A stretch of 64,000 nucleotides of DNA from Mizuhopecten yessoensis (Eukaryota). Position numbers and translations under genes: made by a program. How positions within the stretch are numbered: position 1 is the first letter of the stretch; each line of letters opens with the position of its first letter. Below, piece after piece: positions 22,001 to 36,755 of this stretch. Below the pieces are notes generated by a model. That model did no database searches. It was not told where the DNA came from and was given only the letters and a program-made list of their open reading frames with translations. Location: NCBI RefSeq assembly GCF_002113885.1, contig NW_018408729.1, positions 233,213 through 297,212 of the forward strand. The letters run 5' to 3'.

Positions 22001-25000
22001 TGAGTTTTTGTTGGCAGGTATCTTTATATTTGTATGGTAAATTGGTTATGTAGTAAAAAGGTAAAAATGAAGTAGACCATCATATCAGAAATATATATAC
22101 CCAGGTCTTAATATTGCTTCCTTTCCAACAGAAATTATTTTAATTTAGCAATGATCATGATATCATATTTAATAGAATAAAGTCCAAATTATAAGGAGTC
22201 CGTCAGAGGCTTAGGACTGGACGATGGTCAGTGCAGAAGTTTTTTGGCAACATCATAATTATTGGTGCTGTGAGAAAATAAATTTACAATTTTTATTAAT
22301 GGTTCATATTTTAATTGAAATATATTTGACTGTCAAAACACAGAAATTTTAGAACACTACCAAGACTTCAGATGACCATTCGTACTTAAGTTTTCACTTG
22401 AATTCTGAGGTTCAAATACTTTTCAAACACACATGGTTTTCTGATATCCAGGTATCAAAAGCTACATATGGGAAGTCAAAAGCATACTACCAAGGATTTT
22501 ACAAAAGTTCTGCAGTACTAACTATACGTTAAAACATTAAAACCAAATTTAAATTTATGTCTCTTTGAAGCAAAGATCGTACAAAATGATGGAGTAACAA
22601 AATTAGCTGAAAGCCTACAGGCAATATATGTCAGAATGATTATGTCACAGAAATGAGAACGGTGCGTGACATACCCTATAGCTAACACATATACCATTAG
22701 TTAGCTTGTCATATATATACCTATATAAGGTATGGTCTACTACACCTGGAGAGAGCTTGTCTGAAAGTTGGCGTAGAAGCCTTGATAACTACATTAGTTA
22801 AGTTATATTGTATATAATATAGCTTAAAATTGATTAACAGAAAAAAAGTGTCCTTGACTTGAAATGGACACCATGCAATATTTTTTTATATCTGTTAATT
22901 CTACAGACTGTTAATTTCAATTCAAAGTACTTGTGAATTGGCACGAGGCTAAATGGGACAGCATGATGTACAATAATGTACACCCCCTTCCCTGTATGTG
23001 TATACATAGTAGCTACAATGAAATTAAAGTTCATGTTTTACCTAATGAGAAGTGTTTTAATTGAAGCTTCAATTTGGGACAGTAGGATATACACCATTGT
23101 CCATGTCTATTACTACAGTGAAATAAAGTTGTAAATTTTACCGAAACGGAAACTTAATAATTGAAGGTTTGGGACAGCAGGATGTACACCCCTACGTGTA
23201 TACGTATCTTTAATAACTACCTACACATCTGTGACAGGGCAATGTTTGGGTAACTTTACCCTTACCTGTATATGTATCTAACTACCTGTATAGGTATCTA
23301 ACTACCTGTATAGGTATCTAACTACCTAAACGTCTATGACAGGGCAATATTTGGGTTACTAGTTGATCATCATCTATCAAGTACTGTCTGATTATGAACC
23401 CCTAGGGACAAATCACAGGTACCAAACTCACAGGTAAATTAGGTAATCACATCATACTGATCATGACCTAATCACCTGTCAATACAGTGACTCACCTCAC
23501 TCATCAGTACCGTGTACCTAACACATAGTGCATACAGGAAGTAAACAGTCGATTAGGACCCCAATGCAATCTGAATATGAAAATCTAATACCATCTCTAA
23601 CAAAATGATGTATACCTCTTGCTCAATATCTGGAAAAATATAGTAATGAATTGATGCGGTCAGTTTTAAATAAATGAACATAGGTGACCGTGTGAAGTAT
23701 TGTCGGACACGATGATTAACAAATTAAAACTACAGTTGAAAACTTAATCGAGAATTAATTGATTTTAGTAGAATTTTTATGTGGAATATTTGTCCTCAGT
23801 AGTAAATGTAAATATTATATATCATTGAGTATGGTCAATAGATCTACTTAGTAGACAAAACCCTGTGTGTTATGTACACATGTAGATGTCGGTATCAGTT
23901 AATGTAGTAATGGACTAGGGATACCAACATGTATTCTGGTAGTTCACTAATTGGCAGAGATATACCCACAGTCAATAATATCAGTTAACAGTGTGTGATA
24001 TAGTTACACAGATATTGTCAATTGTCTGAACACAGATTGTAATTTATCTGTCTATCCTGGTGTATATTACAATATTTTGATTTATGTACTGGACAAATGG
24101 CTTTATAAAATCCTGTATCAAAGTGACCTCTAAATTTCCACTTTAATAATACTCAACGCTTCTTAATATCTGATTGTGCATATAATGTAAACCTCAAGTT
24201 TAAACAGTTCTTGTAAAAAAATTAAAAGATCAAATAATAAAATATCAAATAATTTATAGATGAGGTCCAAAGGAATAACAATGATTTACAATAAGAAATG
24301 TTTGGTGTTTATAAAGGTAAACATCATAATGGACCTGTGAAGTCATGATCAGGAAAACATGCTAAAGAAATTTGTTATTGAGAACTCTTCATATATTTAA
24401 CCAGTGTAAATAATTCATACAAGAAACATCCTCCACTAGGGTAAACATTCCTGTAGTTATGATAAAATTTAATTTCTGCTCCACCAACACTTTCTCAGTT
24501 TCTGTTCTTTCACTTCAATTAAATTATCACCCCTCTAATACTTCTTGGACATTTTGTCAATTTCTGTACTATCACTATTATGTATACATATTAATAACAA
24601 TTTTATTACTGATCCAATTCTTTTTGGACGTTTTGTGAACTACACATGACGATTTAAATTTCCGCTCCAATCCTTTATGGTGCCGTCAATTGTTGTTGTA
24701 TAACCACTATTTCCTGTTCTTTGGATGTATTACACAATACATAACAATGGGTAATAAACACATTACTTCAGCTTACAAAGAGCTGACATTGATTTTGTCA
24801 TGACCATGGCCACTCCTACAAAACAGGCTCCACCCATGTGAGTCAGGGACCTGTGATGGTGTAGTGTCCACCTGTTGCTGTGTTTCCATGGTTACAACCA
24901 CAACATGTAGGATGTATCATAACCCTCCCACTACCCTCCCCCTCCCCGGAGCTCCATGTAGCACTGCTTGACTAAGTGTTTAGCAGTGCATAATGTATTA

Positions 25001-25232
25001 ATTCATATCATGTCTGTATGTCTTCCTGCCTATCTTTTTCTGTTATATCAAGCTTAAGCAATGTATTGGAGCGCACAGTCATTAAACATTGATGGTACTC
25101 CTTTATGAAATGTTATGTTAAGCTTGACTACCACTCTCCTCATCCTTCCAGCTTCTGTATTTCGTGTACAGATATACAGTATATATATATACTGACTACA
25201 GTGTCATCAGTATTTTAGATGCTGTATATAAA

Positions 25233-25305
25233 CTCATTCACCCCTGAACTTTCATATTAATAAACTTTTCTAAAATGTCCAAATATGTCTTCAGTGGTGA
25301 ATGAG
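25233..25305. mobile_element. TTAA-type MITE, subfamily 2 (internally deleted)
   Basis: CTCATTCACC...GGTGAATGAG TIRs; flanks taaa/ttaa. Confidence 0.65.
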
Positions 25306-25652
25306 TTAAGAGGTTATAGATGATATTCGTATCAAACTGGTGAATAGGTGTTGTGTGTATAGAGATATGGAGTATAGAGACTACAGTGTCATCATTAGTT
25401 AAGATATACTGTATATCTAAAGGTGATAGACGATAATGGTATTGATAAATATCAGTAGTGTGGATGCTGTATATTGAGATATTATTAGGCCATATTCCTC
25501 AAATTTTCCTGTGGGTGACTATCGAGGAAAGAACCACTTCTTCCCCATAATCAGCATGATTTACCTTATCAACCTATCACAGTATGGATTTGTAATCTTT
25601 TATGACAGCTTTGTATTATTTTATTTAATAAACAGTTGTTATGCCCTCTAGT

Positions 25653-25842
25653 GGCCTGTACAGTATACAGTAACCCCAGTATACAACTGTAACTGGCCTG
25701 TCCAGCAGTACAGTATACGGTAACCCAATATACAACGGTTACTGGTCTGTCCAGCAGTACAGTATACGGTAACCCAGTATACAACGGTTACTGGCCTGTC
25801 CAGCAGTACAGTATACGGTAACCCCAGTATACAACTGTTACT
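25653..25842. repeat. 49-bp minisatellite, ~3.7 copies
   Basis: tccagcagtacagtatacggtaacc at 25701, 25750 and 25799. Confidence 0.85.
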
Positions 25843-26197
25843 GCGTGTGATGTCCAGCTCTATATATTCTGACCTAGGATGTTCCGCCTCCCACATATAC
25901 CTGTACTTATAATTACCTGTTCCATCATTGTCACTAATAACTCAACAAAGACAGGTTATAATCACCTGTAATTCAATCTGGAGATATACCTGCTCACCTT
26001 GCACAGGTATACATCTCTTTTTACTCACATATATGTCAATCATTTCTAGCCTTATTGTTAGTAAGTATATGTATATATATATTGAGAATTGTACCTGTTG
26101 CACCCCTTGCATGATCGTAAGAGGCGTTAAATTTGGGATCTTATCTTTTCTCTTCTTTCTAAACAGCTTTCTTCTTCCTAATGTCTCCCTTTACAAT

Positions 26198-26602
26198 GCC
26201 TCACTTATGGTCTTTAGTTGAGCGTTCACCCCTGTGAGGATGGCTTTGGGTTCTGTCCCCTGGCTGAGACATACCAGAGTCTGTAAAAATGGTAGTTTCT
26301 ACTCCTGCTTAACGCTAAGCAATTTAGGAGTGGGGCGACTGGTTCGCCGGTTGTCAGTATAATGTGACTGGGTGGGGTGTCCTGCTGGGTGTCTTCGGCA
26401 GTATGTTTCAGTGAGGTAGTGCTATAAAGTCGGCATCAGTTCAGCACTATCACAAGGAGACAAACACGAACATAGCACAGCCTCCCAAAACACACACGCA
26501 TACATCTTGCATTATACAATGATGCAGGGGAGGTCGTCCTTAAATGAATAGCTGTTTTTTGATAGGACGTTAAACAATACTAAACCAAACCAAACCAAAC
26601 CA
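26198..26602 (+). mobile_element. tRNA-derived SINE with a Meta-like central domain (BivaMeta/RUDI-like)
   Basis: Decayed A/B boxes (gggttctgtccc), aaaaatggtagtttctactcctgcttaacgctaagcaatttaggag core, and an (aaacc)n tail. Confidence 0.75.
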
Positions 26603-27404
26603 ATTGCAAAACTGTACCTATTATTACACATTGTAAGTTATAGATGTATTCATACTCTTCCATGCAAGCTTGTCAAAAAACTATAATTTAAAATAAATTA
26701 CTTGATAAATATTTGAAGAAAAAATACCACTTGAGAAAACCGAAATCCAGTGTGAGAGCTCAAAAATGACTTGCTGCTTTAAACAATATCTATTTAGGGG
26801 GAAAAAAGTATGTAAAAGTATTTAAACAATTGGTATTGACCTAGAATAAGAACTACATGACCATACATCACCATTGTGTCAGTAAATAGGTTTCCTGTAC
26901 ACCATTCCTATCTGTTTTGTGTGTCAGTTCGACCAACTAAGTGAATGGATTGTGACACATTACCTTAATTAGCTGACTTTAGTACATGACTTAGGTACAC
27001 GGTCTATAGGTTTACCGTATTTATCTGGTAACAAGCCCACTAACATCTATTGAAGTTCAACAGAAACACAAACAAATGATACATAATGGTCCTGTATCAG
27101 CCCATCCTTATAAATTATAACACTTTGAGTTAGAGATTATGTTTTGGTCCACTGGACTTACTGCAGTATATATATTTGTATTGTATATCGTGCTGAACTT
27201 TTTTGTAGCCTCACCTAAATGTTTCTTTCACACGAGGTTAAAAGAAAACGTTGTTAGAGGTGACCTTCAGCGAATGCCTTATGATAATTTGATACTAAAT
27301 ATCATACACCATAAGAACATTTCAAAATTAACATAAATATTTCTACTAAAGGAATGCTATCCGGTCTGCTTACTACATGAATAGGACACAAGATTGTAAA
27401 GAAC

Positions 27405-27822
27405 NNNNNNNNNNNNNNNNNNNNNNNNNNNNNNNNNNNNNNNNNNNNNNNNNNNNNNNNNNNNNNNNNNNNNNNNNNNNNNNNNNNNNNNNNNNNNNNN
27501 NNNNNNNNNNNNNNNNNNNNNNNNNNNNNNNNNNNNNNNNNNNNNNNNNNNNNNNNNNNNNNNNNNNNNNNNNNNNNNNNNNNNNNNNNNNNNNNNNNNN
27601 NNNNNNNNNNNNNNNNNNNNNNNNNNNNNNNNNNNNNNNNNNNNNNNNNNNNNNNNNNNNNNNNNNNNNNNNNNNNNNNNNNNNNNNNNNNNNNNNNNNN
27701 NNNNNNNNNNNNNNNNNNNNNNNNNNNNNNNNNNNNNNNNNNNNNNNNNNNNNNNNNNNNNNNNNNNNNNNNNNNNNNNNNNNNNNNNNNNNNNNNNNNN
27801 NNNNNNNNNNNNNNNNNNNNNN
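27405..27822. other. Assembly gap (418 N)
   Basis: Run of N next to a poly-G tract. Confidence 0.99.
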
Positions 27823-28144
27823 GGGGTGGGGGGGGGGGGAACCACCAATTATTATCAAAGGGAAGGGGCCTTTATAATGTCCATAATTGACATTACAAAC
27901 ATCTCTGCTGGGTAAAAGATATAGAGTTGGATGATATTTTGTTATATAGAGATGATATAGAGTTATATTGTAACTATGTAGGTCAGTGGATGTGTCCCGA
28001 GAGGATGTTTTATAAACAGGTGGTATACTACACTATAGTATTGTGGTGTCCAACAGTATAGCTACTGGCAACAGTTGTAAACAAGAGTACAATGTCTATC
28101 AGAGCCTGACCTACTACAGCTACTAGTATACTACAAGCCACTGG

Positions 28145-28335
28145 TATCACTTACATCTCTATGTGACAAACTGAGGATTTCAAATTTTCAAAGCTGACCC
28201 TGACTCGGCAGAAGTTACAGACAACAGTTGTATCAAGCTTTATCACTTACATCTCTTTTGTGACAAACTGAAGATTTCAAATTCAAAGCTGACCCCGATT
28301 CGGCAGAAGTTACAGACAACAGTTGAATCAAGCTT
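28145..28335. repeat. ~96-bp tandem duplication
   Basis: tatcacttacatctct...cagttg(t/a)atcaagcttt occurs twice. Confidence 0.8.
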
Positions 28336-31300
28336 TTCCAATATTTTGTTAAGTTGAATAGATTTGTTTTTCGATCATTCGTTCGAAATGTTTGTAAATT
28401 ACATTAGTGATCTTTGTTAAAAAAAATCCTGATATGTATGTTTTATTTTAATTGTATGATTTGTATTTGGTTCAAACACTCATTCTATGTCAAGGGTTTT
28501 TAAATCCAGTTCTCGTTCTGTGACAAGGATTTAAATTTTGTTCTCGTTATGTGACGAGGAACTAAACCTAAAAAACCTTTACCAAGGCCTGAAGGCCTCT
28601 ACTTGTATTCTGTAAATTTACACCACGCACAACAAATTCAGACCGTACACACCGTATTTGATTTCACGTTTAAAAATACATTTTGCTTGAGTTATCTACC
28701 AGGATGACTGGGCAGTTTTACAGTAAGTTAATGGAAATGATTTTTGTCCAATGAAAGAAAACGTTTTTATGTTGGTGTCATAGAAGTCTTGTTGGTGTCA
28801 TAGAAGTCTAGACAGATTGATATATACAGTATACTGTAGCTATAGACCTCAGACGTATTCCTTATTTAATTTCTATAGGCATGATCAGATCTCGGCAAAA
28901 CCATTTTTAATTCAATATTCAAAATAATCTGGGAAGGTAAATTTACATGAACTAGACTGAAATTCTCCCTCCACTTCCTGTCCAAAAAATCCCCACTCAT
29001 TGAATTTGTGATTGGTATCAAAAGTCCATTTCCTGTCCGTAGATTGTTTATCTGTAGCTAATTATAACATGTCCATGGCAATACAAAATAAACCTTGTCG
29101 ATTCCCAATAACAGTTCAGATTGAACCCGTGGGAATCAGTCCTATATCATACCTAATACTATAGGCCTAGCTGTTTACTGTACCAGGGATATTAATTAAC
29201 ATGTGGTCGTCCCACAGGTAACACGGGTAGGGTACCGGTGTTTATAACCAATCTTTATGCCCCATCGAAAACCTTGCTGCAAACTTTATGCCAAAGAATA
29301 CACACCAATTAATTTTTGCATTTGGTCTCCTTACTAGAACGTTGGAACATAAGGTCAACAAAGTAAAGTTACCTGCTTCGGTTCTGATCAGTTGAATTTC
29401 TCTCCCGTTTGGGTTTCCGTATATCTGTTTGGTGACACCAAGCTGTAAGTCACAAACCAAATTGCTTTCCAGTTTCTCTGATACGTCCCAGTTCTTGTAA
29501 ACACACCCTACAACCTTTTCTTTGGTGTTTTATTCCCAAGGTTTACAAGCTTCTGAGTATCTAGTGGGGCTTCATGGCTGTCACTGTGCCATAGCCACAG
29601 CATATCACCTGGATAGTTTTGAAACAAATGACCACCTGACCTTTCATTTTGATCTTCTCCTTTGATTGACCATCCTTGTTAACGTTCCTCCCCTGACTTT
29701 GAAACATCTCACATGTAACATTTGACTGGTTGTGTCAGATGAACCTACAGTGTATGTAGAATCCTTATTTACAAACCTGACATATGATCACCGTGCAAAC
29801 CATAGTGTGTAAATACACCTGCTTTTCTAAATCTGAAAATGTAGATTTATTTTTTGAAATAAATGTTTTGAAACTATTAGCAATGATAAGGAGAGTCAGT
29901 TTTATTAAAGTACTTACCTGGAAATAAATAATAATTTTCCCATGTAAAGTGAATGTCATTGGTCATAACTAAGTGATTTTTTAAGATCTGAGCGGTTGAG
30001 TAAACAGTTACTTTAAAAACCTATAGATAAAAACGAGAAATGCAGATCAGATCATTGATTAGTGAATGCATACTTTCCTTTTGATAATTAACAACCGCAG
30101 AGTTGGGTTTTTATCATAAGCGCCCCTAATTTACCTAAATGGGTTGTTGAGTGATAAAATATGAATGTCATTGGATGTTTTACTTGGTGTGCCCTTGGTA
30201 AGGTAGATTTGCCCTTGGGATAGTATCTATCTACACATTGCTGAACAGGTATTTGAAAGTACTGACTGAGTTTATTTTTTACTCAAATATGAATGTAGGA
30301 AAAGCTAACTTAACAAATGTACATTATTGTAAATGCTGATCATTGATCAGCTGTCAACACACAGTGTTATATACTGAACTAATACCAGGTAATATAGTTT
30401 CTTAGTAAGCTAAGCTCTCTGTGATAATTTAAACAAGAGCATCAACTACGCAGTGTAATACAATTCTTATCCCAGATATAGATTAGGACAAGCACAATGA
30501 ATATTGCAAAATTGTGATAAAAGACGAAAATGGATTTCTTTTTTGCCTGTGAAATTCCTGGTCATTGTTTTGATACAACATGTCTAGTTTCCTCAAATTG
30601 TGTGACACTTCATCGGAAATAACCATATTTATGTGTTGTTTGGATGAAAATGGTCCGATTTTTGCCTGTGACATTCCTGAATATTGTTTTGATAAAACAT
30701 GTCAAATTTCCCAAAGTTGTGTGACACATCATCAAAGGAATTAAACATTTCCAGTGTTGTTTGTGAAACACTAGGAGATCTTTTATGGTTGATAGTGATG
30801 AGCATGGTCTCTGACACCTGTATGGCCTATATATAGCTACTGGTCATCTTATTAATTAGCCTACCTGTCCCCAGAGTAATTTCTACTCACCTATGACACC
30901 TGTCATTGCCTTCTCCTGTGGGACAAGGAATGTTTCCCTGGGTCCAGACTACTAACTAAATGTCAGTGTCAAGTCCCCTTAGTTATCTCCCCTTGTAAGA
31001 TTCTATATTTTTAACAAAATGTAACTAGATTCATTACATAGACTTGTACAGCACCCAAATTTCTGTATTATACTTTTATTTCAACCAATACCTGACAAAG
31101 TAACCTGTTCTGTTGCTGTGAGTTAAGAGGACAGGTCTGTTAAATGTTAAGCCCTGGGTAGATAATAGACCACGGTGGTATCTCTGACACCAGTGTAACA
31201 TCAAGGGCTGGTTAGCTTTACACCAGATTAAAAAAAAATGTTTTGTGGGGAAAGTTTATTATAATTCACAAACTTAATAATATGAGATGTGAAGCTGAAT

Positions 31301-32792
31301 ACAACTGTAAATACTAAGAGAGAAATTTCAGTATGTCTAGTAGAGGATTTATAGGAGTTGAGGTGAGGTAAAGCTGTCGATAGTTTGACCACGACACCAG
31401 ATGAGCCGATACCATGAGATGCCATGTTATCACTACCCCAGGTTTACAGGACAGGGCACCTGTGAAATCTCAGTCCACACCTCCATTGTCTACAGCAGGC
31501 GGTCTATCCTCCAATACACCCCAACACACTAAATTAAAACTTGACACTCTCTTCTGTCCCTTCCTTGTTAGGAGGCACCAAAGGGAAAATTCTCAGGTGA
31601 TATAAGTGGGAACCCACAGTGTGGATGTCCTCATAAGTTGTGTTTGGAAGGGGCATCTTAGAGATATTCTCAGGTGATGTTAAGGGGAACCAAAGGGGAT
31701 ATCTTGGTTGATGTTAAGGGGGCATTGCAGTGGAGTAGCCTCGGGTAATGTTAGGGGGGCACCAAAGGGGGTTATTAGTCCAGTGATGTTAATGGGGCAT
31801 TGCAGTCTAGTAGCCTTAGGTCATGTTAGGGAACATCATAGTGGCAATATCCTCGGGTGGTGTGATGTTAATGGGGCATTGTAGTCTAGTAGCCTTAGGT
31901 GATGTTAGGAAACATCATAGTGGCGATATCCTCAGGTGGTGTGAGCAGGGCATTTAATGGAACATTCCTTAATAATGGTAGGGGCACCATAGGGTCTTAT
32001 GATGCCTTTTTATGAAAAGGAAGGACTCAAATTAGTAATTTGTATAGTTTAACTATTGTCATGTATATGAATTTAAGTATCATTGAATACATGCACTTTT
32101 AGCTGAGTTATTTTTCAAATATACTTTCATAATGCCTTTTTGTGAAAAAAAGACTCAAATTAGTTTTGTTCACACTTTAGGGCAGTAACTGACAGTTGTT
32201 CATTACAGCAGTCTAATTGATGAGGATTCCCAACACTGGGCTTTGTGTTAGCCAGGTGTATAGGGACCCTGGCCGGGGCACCTTGTTTACATTTTCTACA
32301 CGGCTATTTATACAGTCTGACAGCAGCAGCATCCCCTCCTGATGTATGAGTACATGTGGGTTCTCCTAGGGGACAGTATGGGGCAGTCGTAGGGGCATTT
32401 AGGGACCTCAATAGCTAGCTCAATAGCAAATATGCAGAGTATTTAGGGGTCAGTTCACCGGGGCAGAAAACAGTTCAACCCCAAATGGAATATTATCTTA
32501 ACAAAGGCGTCCTATTAAAATATTTTAACTCAGAAATGGAGATTAGCAATTAAACTTCTTCACCGAAGTAATTTGAAATAAACAATTTTAAATTTTAAAC
32601 ATCTTATATTGAATTATAATATAAACAAAGGACAAAATGTTTCACTGGTTTTAAACTGAGCAATAACATAAAATTTCAATTAAATTCAATTTGAGTACAT
32701 ATTACAAACAATACATAATAATATATGGATGTGAAACAGCAAGAAATAATGGAGTACGAATTCAAGAAATTTAAGGTGGTTATCTCTGTTAA

Positions 32793-32875
32793 CCCTTTCA
32801 CTCCTATGTAACTTTAGTAGACTCTTCCATGCATTGATATGGAGGGGTCCATTATGGTCTACAGTGGTGAAAGGG
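32793..32875 (+). mobile_element. 83-bp piggyBac-type MITE, subfamily 1
   Basis: TTAA|CCCTTTCAC...GTGAAAGGG|TTAA. Confidence 0.88.
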
Positions 32876-34377
32876 TTAAGTAATTAAAAGCAGGAAGTAT
32901 AAGGAATATGCAAATGTTGACAATTTGTGTGCTAATAACAATTCTGTATACAATTAACCTCTTGATAATCCTGACCTTGCTGTTATAAATGTACTGAACC
33001 ACTAGTACATAGTGTATATTAATTTCTCACAGTTCCCTGATCACCTAAGTCTGTGAACATCAAGGTTATTATAATGATAAGTCATAAATCACCTCCTATT
33101 GGATTTGATTTCAGAAGGCAATAAGCCAAATTTCTGGGCCTCTGGATTTGATAATCTTTTGATCAAAATTAGAATGTACAATGTATGTATGCAGGTATAT
33201 ATAATATATTGTTAATGCATTTATATGGGTTTATATGTTGTTAATGTATGATAAGTACAGTCGAGGTGTTCAGTTATGAGTGATATGATTAAATGGGAGA
33301 CATTGTCAATCAATGCAAGCTTTGTTAGGTTATTATAAAATTACAGAACATTTTATTAATTGATATTTTGATAATTTTTAAAACAGAAGAAGTCTTCTGT
33401 AACTAAAAATTGTCATCTTCCGTAATTCTTCACCTTATAAACATTGAAAAACCTGTGTAACTTCAAATTATTTTTAAAAGATACAGTTTGAAAATCTGAG
33501 TGAAGCTGTCTGTGATAGGTGACCGGGACCCGAAGTGATTGTCTCTGTGCAGCAAACCATATACATATACATATGATGTGTATAGCCACATCTCCCAAAG
33601 ATTTTAAGTGATAATGTAGACTGAAGTTATCATTTTAATACCACAGGTATATACTCATTTTGAAGGACATTGACCGTCAGTGTAGCTGTAGTGACGTTGG
33701 GTCTTCCTGTTTGACTCATCCTGACTGTTAAGTTGTAGATATGATAGAATAAATAAACAAGAAATCGCCTTTGATAAAGAAAAATATCAATTTACGAAAC
33801 AAAAAAACAACACAAGAAGATTTGGTGACTCGGGCATTTTATACATTTTTATAGTCACCAGTGTATGATAAGTCCAATCAATTATCTCTACAGCAAATTA
33901 AAGGAGCTAGATAAAATTATTATGAGGAAATTTTCATGAATATTAATTCTTACATTTTTGATCCATGTGAAATGTCTTGAATATATCAAATCACTTTTGC
34001 TGGAATCTAATATTGTAATATAATGTCATAAATTATATCATAAGGCAGAAATGATATACAGTATATATATATATATATAACAGCTAGTACCAGGAAAAAA
34101 TATAAAACTTATCTGAAATACACAACAGTTATCAACCCACCAGATTATAAATATGACCAGGAAGTCCTGTAGGAAACTGACAATTACACATTGGACCCGT
34201 GATGTACAAGCTGCGTGACTGGGAATACCAAATTAAACTTTTTTGCTCCACACATACATGTAGTGAAGGTAGTATAGTTTGAATAATTCATAAAAAACAT
34301 TACCCAGAAGATCCTATCGGCACACCGGTTAAACATCATGCGATATACATGTTTCAAGTTGGAAACACGTTATTTCT

Positions 34378-34570
34378 CAAGGGAGTTGAAGTTAAGCTCA
34401 GTAAAATATGTAACAATCTAGCAAGGGAGTTGAAGTTAAGCTCAATAAAATATGTAACAATCTAGCAAGGGAGTTGAAGTTAAGCTCAATAAAATATGTA
34501 ACAATCTAGCAAGGGAGTTTGAAGTTAAGCTCAATAAAATATGCGACGATCTAGCAAGGGAGTTTAAGTT
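34378..34570. repeat. 44-bp minisatellite, ~4.3 copies
   Basis: caagggagttgaagttaagctcaataaaatatgtaacaatctag at 34378, 34422, 34466 and 34510. Confidence 0.9.
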
Positions 34571-35493
34571 TAGTACTTCATGTGTAATGTGTAATGTATA
34601 GTGTATATAGTGTTTATTTCTCAGTGGATTTTTTTACATTTCTTTTTACATTAGTACATTGAATGTTCTGTAAGATTTGTCCGTTGGTGTTTGTTTCAAA
34701 CTGGCTCTGCTTATGGTTGGTCCTAGTATGTTTCAATATCGGAAATGAAGAAAAAAGAATCCCTTACATTTTCAAAATGAAGTTCAGATAAATCGCCTGT
34801 TTTTAGACTATTTTTTTAAGGTTATTCTTTAGACATTTATGTTAGATTTAAACGTCCCAAGGACAAAGGATCAATTTCTCTTGTCATACCAAAGGATCTT
34901 TTGTGTAGATAGATTTAAACCACCAAGATCTGCACATATATATATTGCTATATAATATAATATCACCTGCATAATATGTGTCGCCATTGACAATGGTATT
35001 GTGTAATCGAGATCTTTATAAATGTTTTCAGTAAATACAGTGGGGAAAGCTACCTACATATAATTAACATATAATTTCCATTTATCAACAGTGAAGTCCT
35101 GTCAAAATCGTGTCTCAGTAGAACATTATTCATTTATTTATTAGAGTCCCCTGCAATATTATTTGCTTCAATTTCTAATGTTTAGCCGACAACATCTGAA
35201 CACTGGAGTAACATTACCTATATTTGGTGTACAGGTACATAGCTATAGTGTTTACGTCTTAAGTAAGATATATTAGAAAGTCTGCATGGATTTGGACGCC
35301 GGCCAACATCGACACAGGTACACCAATGATAAAAACCTTTCCAGCTGATTCTCGTTGATATTGTGTTACCCATTACAGACAGGTACAAATTCAAATATGT
35401 TTAACCTACATGCACAGGTTAAATATATAAGTTTATAAACATGACCTGATTACGAACCAGAACACAACAGTGTTGGGACAGGTTTATATTTAA

Positions 35494-35576
35494 CCCTTTC
35501 ACTCCTATGTAACTTTAGTAGACTCTACCATGCATTGATCTGGATGAGTCCATTATGGTCTACAGTGGTGAAAGGG
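35494..35576 (+). mobile_element. 83-bp piggyBac-type MITE, subfamily 1
   Basis: TTAA TSDs; near-identical to the copy at 32793. Confidence 0.88.
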
Positions 35577-36420
35577 TTAAGGAAGACTTCAGTCTGAAGG
35601 CCATTTATGACAAGCTTAAACAAGCATCATGCACCCTACAATAAACACAGGGAAGATAAAAACAGTATAGATTTCAGTTAAGGTTCTGTTATCAGGAACG
35701 ATCACATTTCTGTTCAGGGAAGACAAAAGTGATGACTGCGTTTTGATCATGGTTCTGTAAGGAGGATGGGTGGGGTTGTGTGAGATCTATCAAGTTTCTA
35801 CTAGAAAGACAATAGTGGGGTTTACATTTCAGCTGAGGTTCTGTTATCAGGAAATTTAAGATTTCGGTATAAGGAAGAGAAAATAAAAAAACCAAATTCA
35901 ATTCAGGTTATTTCAAGGAAAAGATCGAGTTACATGCAGTCCATTCTTTATTTCTTCTATAACTGTTTGTGTAACACTACCCAGAATATCTGTAAACACA
36001 ACAGACGACAAATTGTTAAATCATTAACATTAATCATTAAGATTTCCTCCTCCTCCTCCTCCTCTATGTGTATTTTATCTAGTAGAAGTGTTATACAGGA
36101 GTGACTACTAGTGAATGTTATATATCTACAGACAAACTACATATAAACATATTATAAAAATCCTAATTCATTATATTCTCTCTTTGTCACTAGTTATTGT
36201 ACACTAATGATAAACTACTTGAGGCTGGAGGAAACACATAAATAGGTCTTGATAGAAGATATAAACCTGCTGTGGAGAGGATCACTTGAGTGTTTTATTT
36301 TTGATGTGGAAAATAAATGAGCTTAATGTCTAATGTCGGAGTATCTACCCTACCTCTGTAGATCCTACTTGTGAACTAAGGGCAGATCACTCTGTCAGTA
36401 CCAGTTGTACAAACATGTAA

Positions 36421-36755
36421 TAATAAGATAATAATTTGAGGTTCTTATATACCGCTTTATCACAACTTAGTTTGTAGGTCGTCTCAAAGCAGTTCACAAA
36501 TTATTATCCGTGGTTATAGGGCCTTTGCAACCAGCCAATATCTTTCTCAACTCCCTGGGGAGCATAAAGCCGGCGCTCACAGCTAGCATTCAACAGTTCT
36601 AGCTCTGTCAAAACACATACTCATTTACAGCTGAGTAGACAGGAACAAGCGGAGTAAAGTATTTTGCTCAAAGAAACAACACAGTGCTGTGCCATGAGTC
36701 GAACCCGCAACCCTTCGGTCACGAGCCCGGCATCCTACCACTAGACGACCGTGCC
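36421..36755 (-). mobile_element. Full-length tRNA-headed CORE-SINE with an L2-like tail
   Basis: Minus strand: GGTCGTCTAGTGG A box, GGTTCGACTC B box, CORE-like ttgagcaaaatactttac...cagctgtaaatgag, then aaagcggtatataag and a (tta)n tail. Confidence 0.8.

Noticed and set aside
27357-27877. 161-166-aa ORFs
   Set aside because: Artefacts of the N gap.
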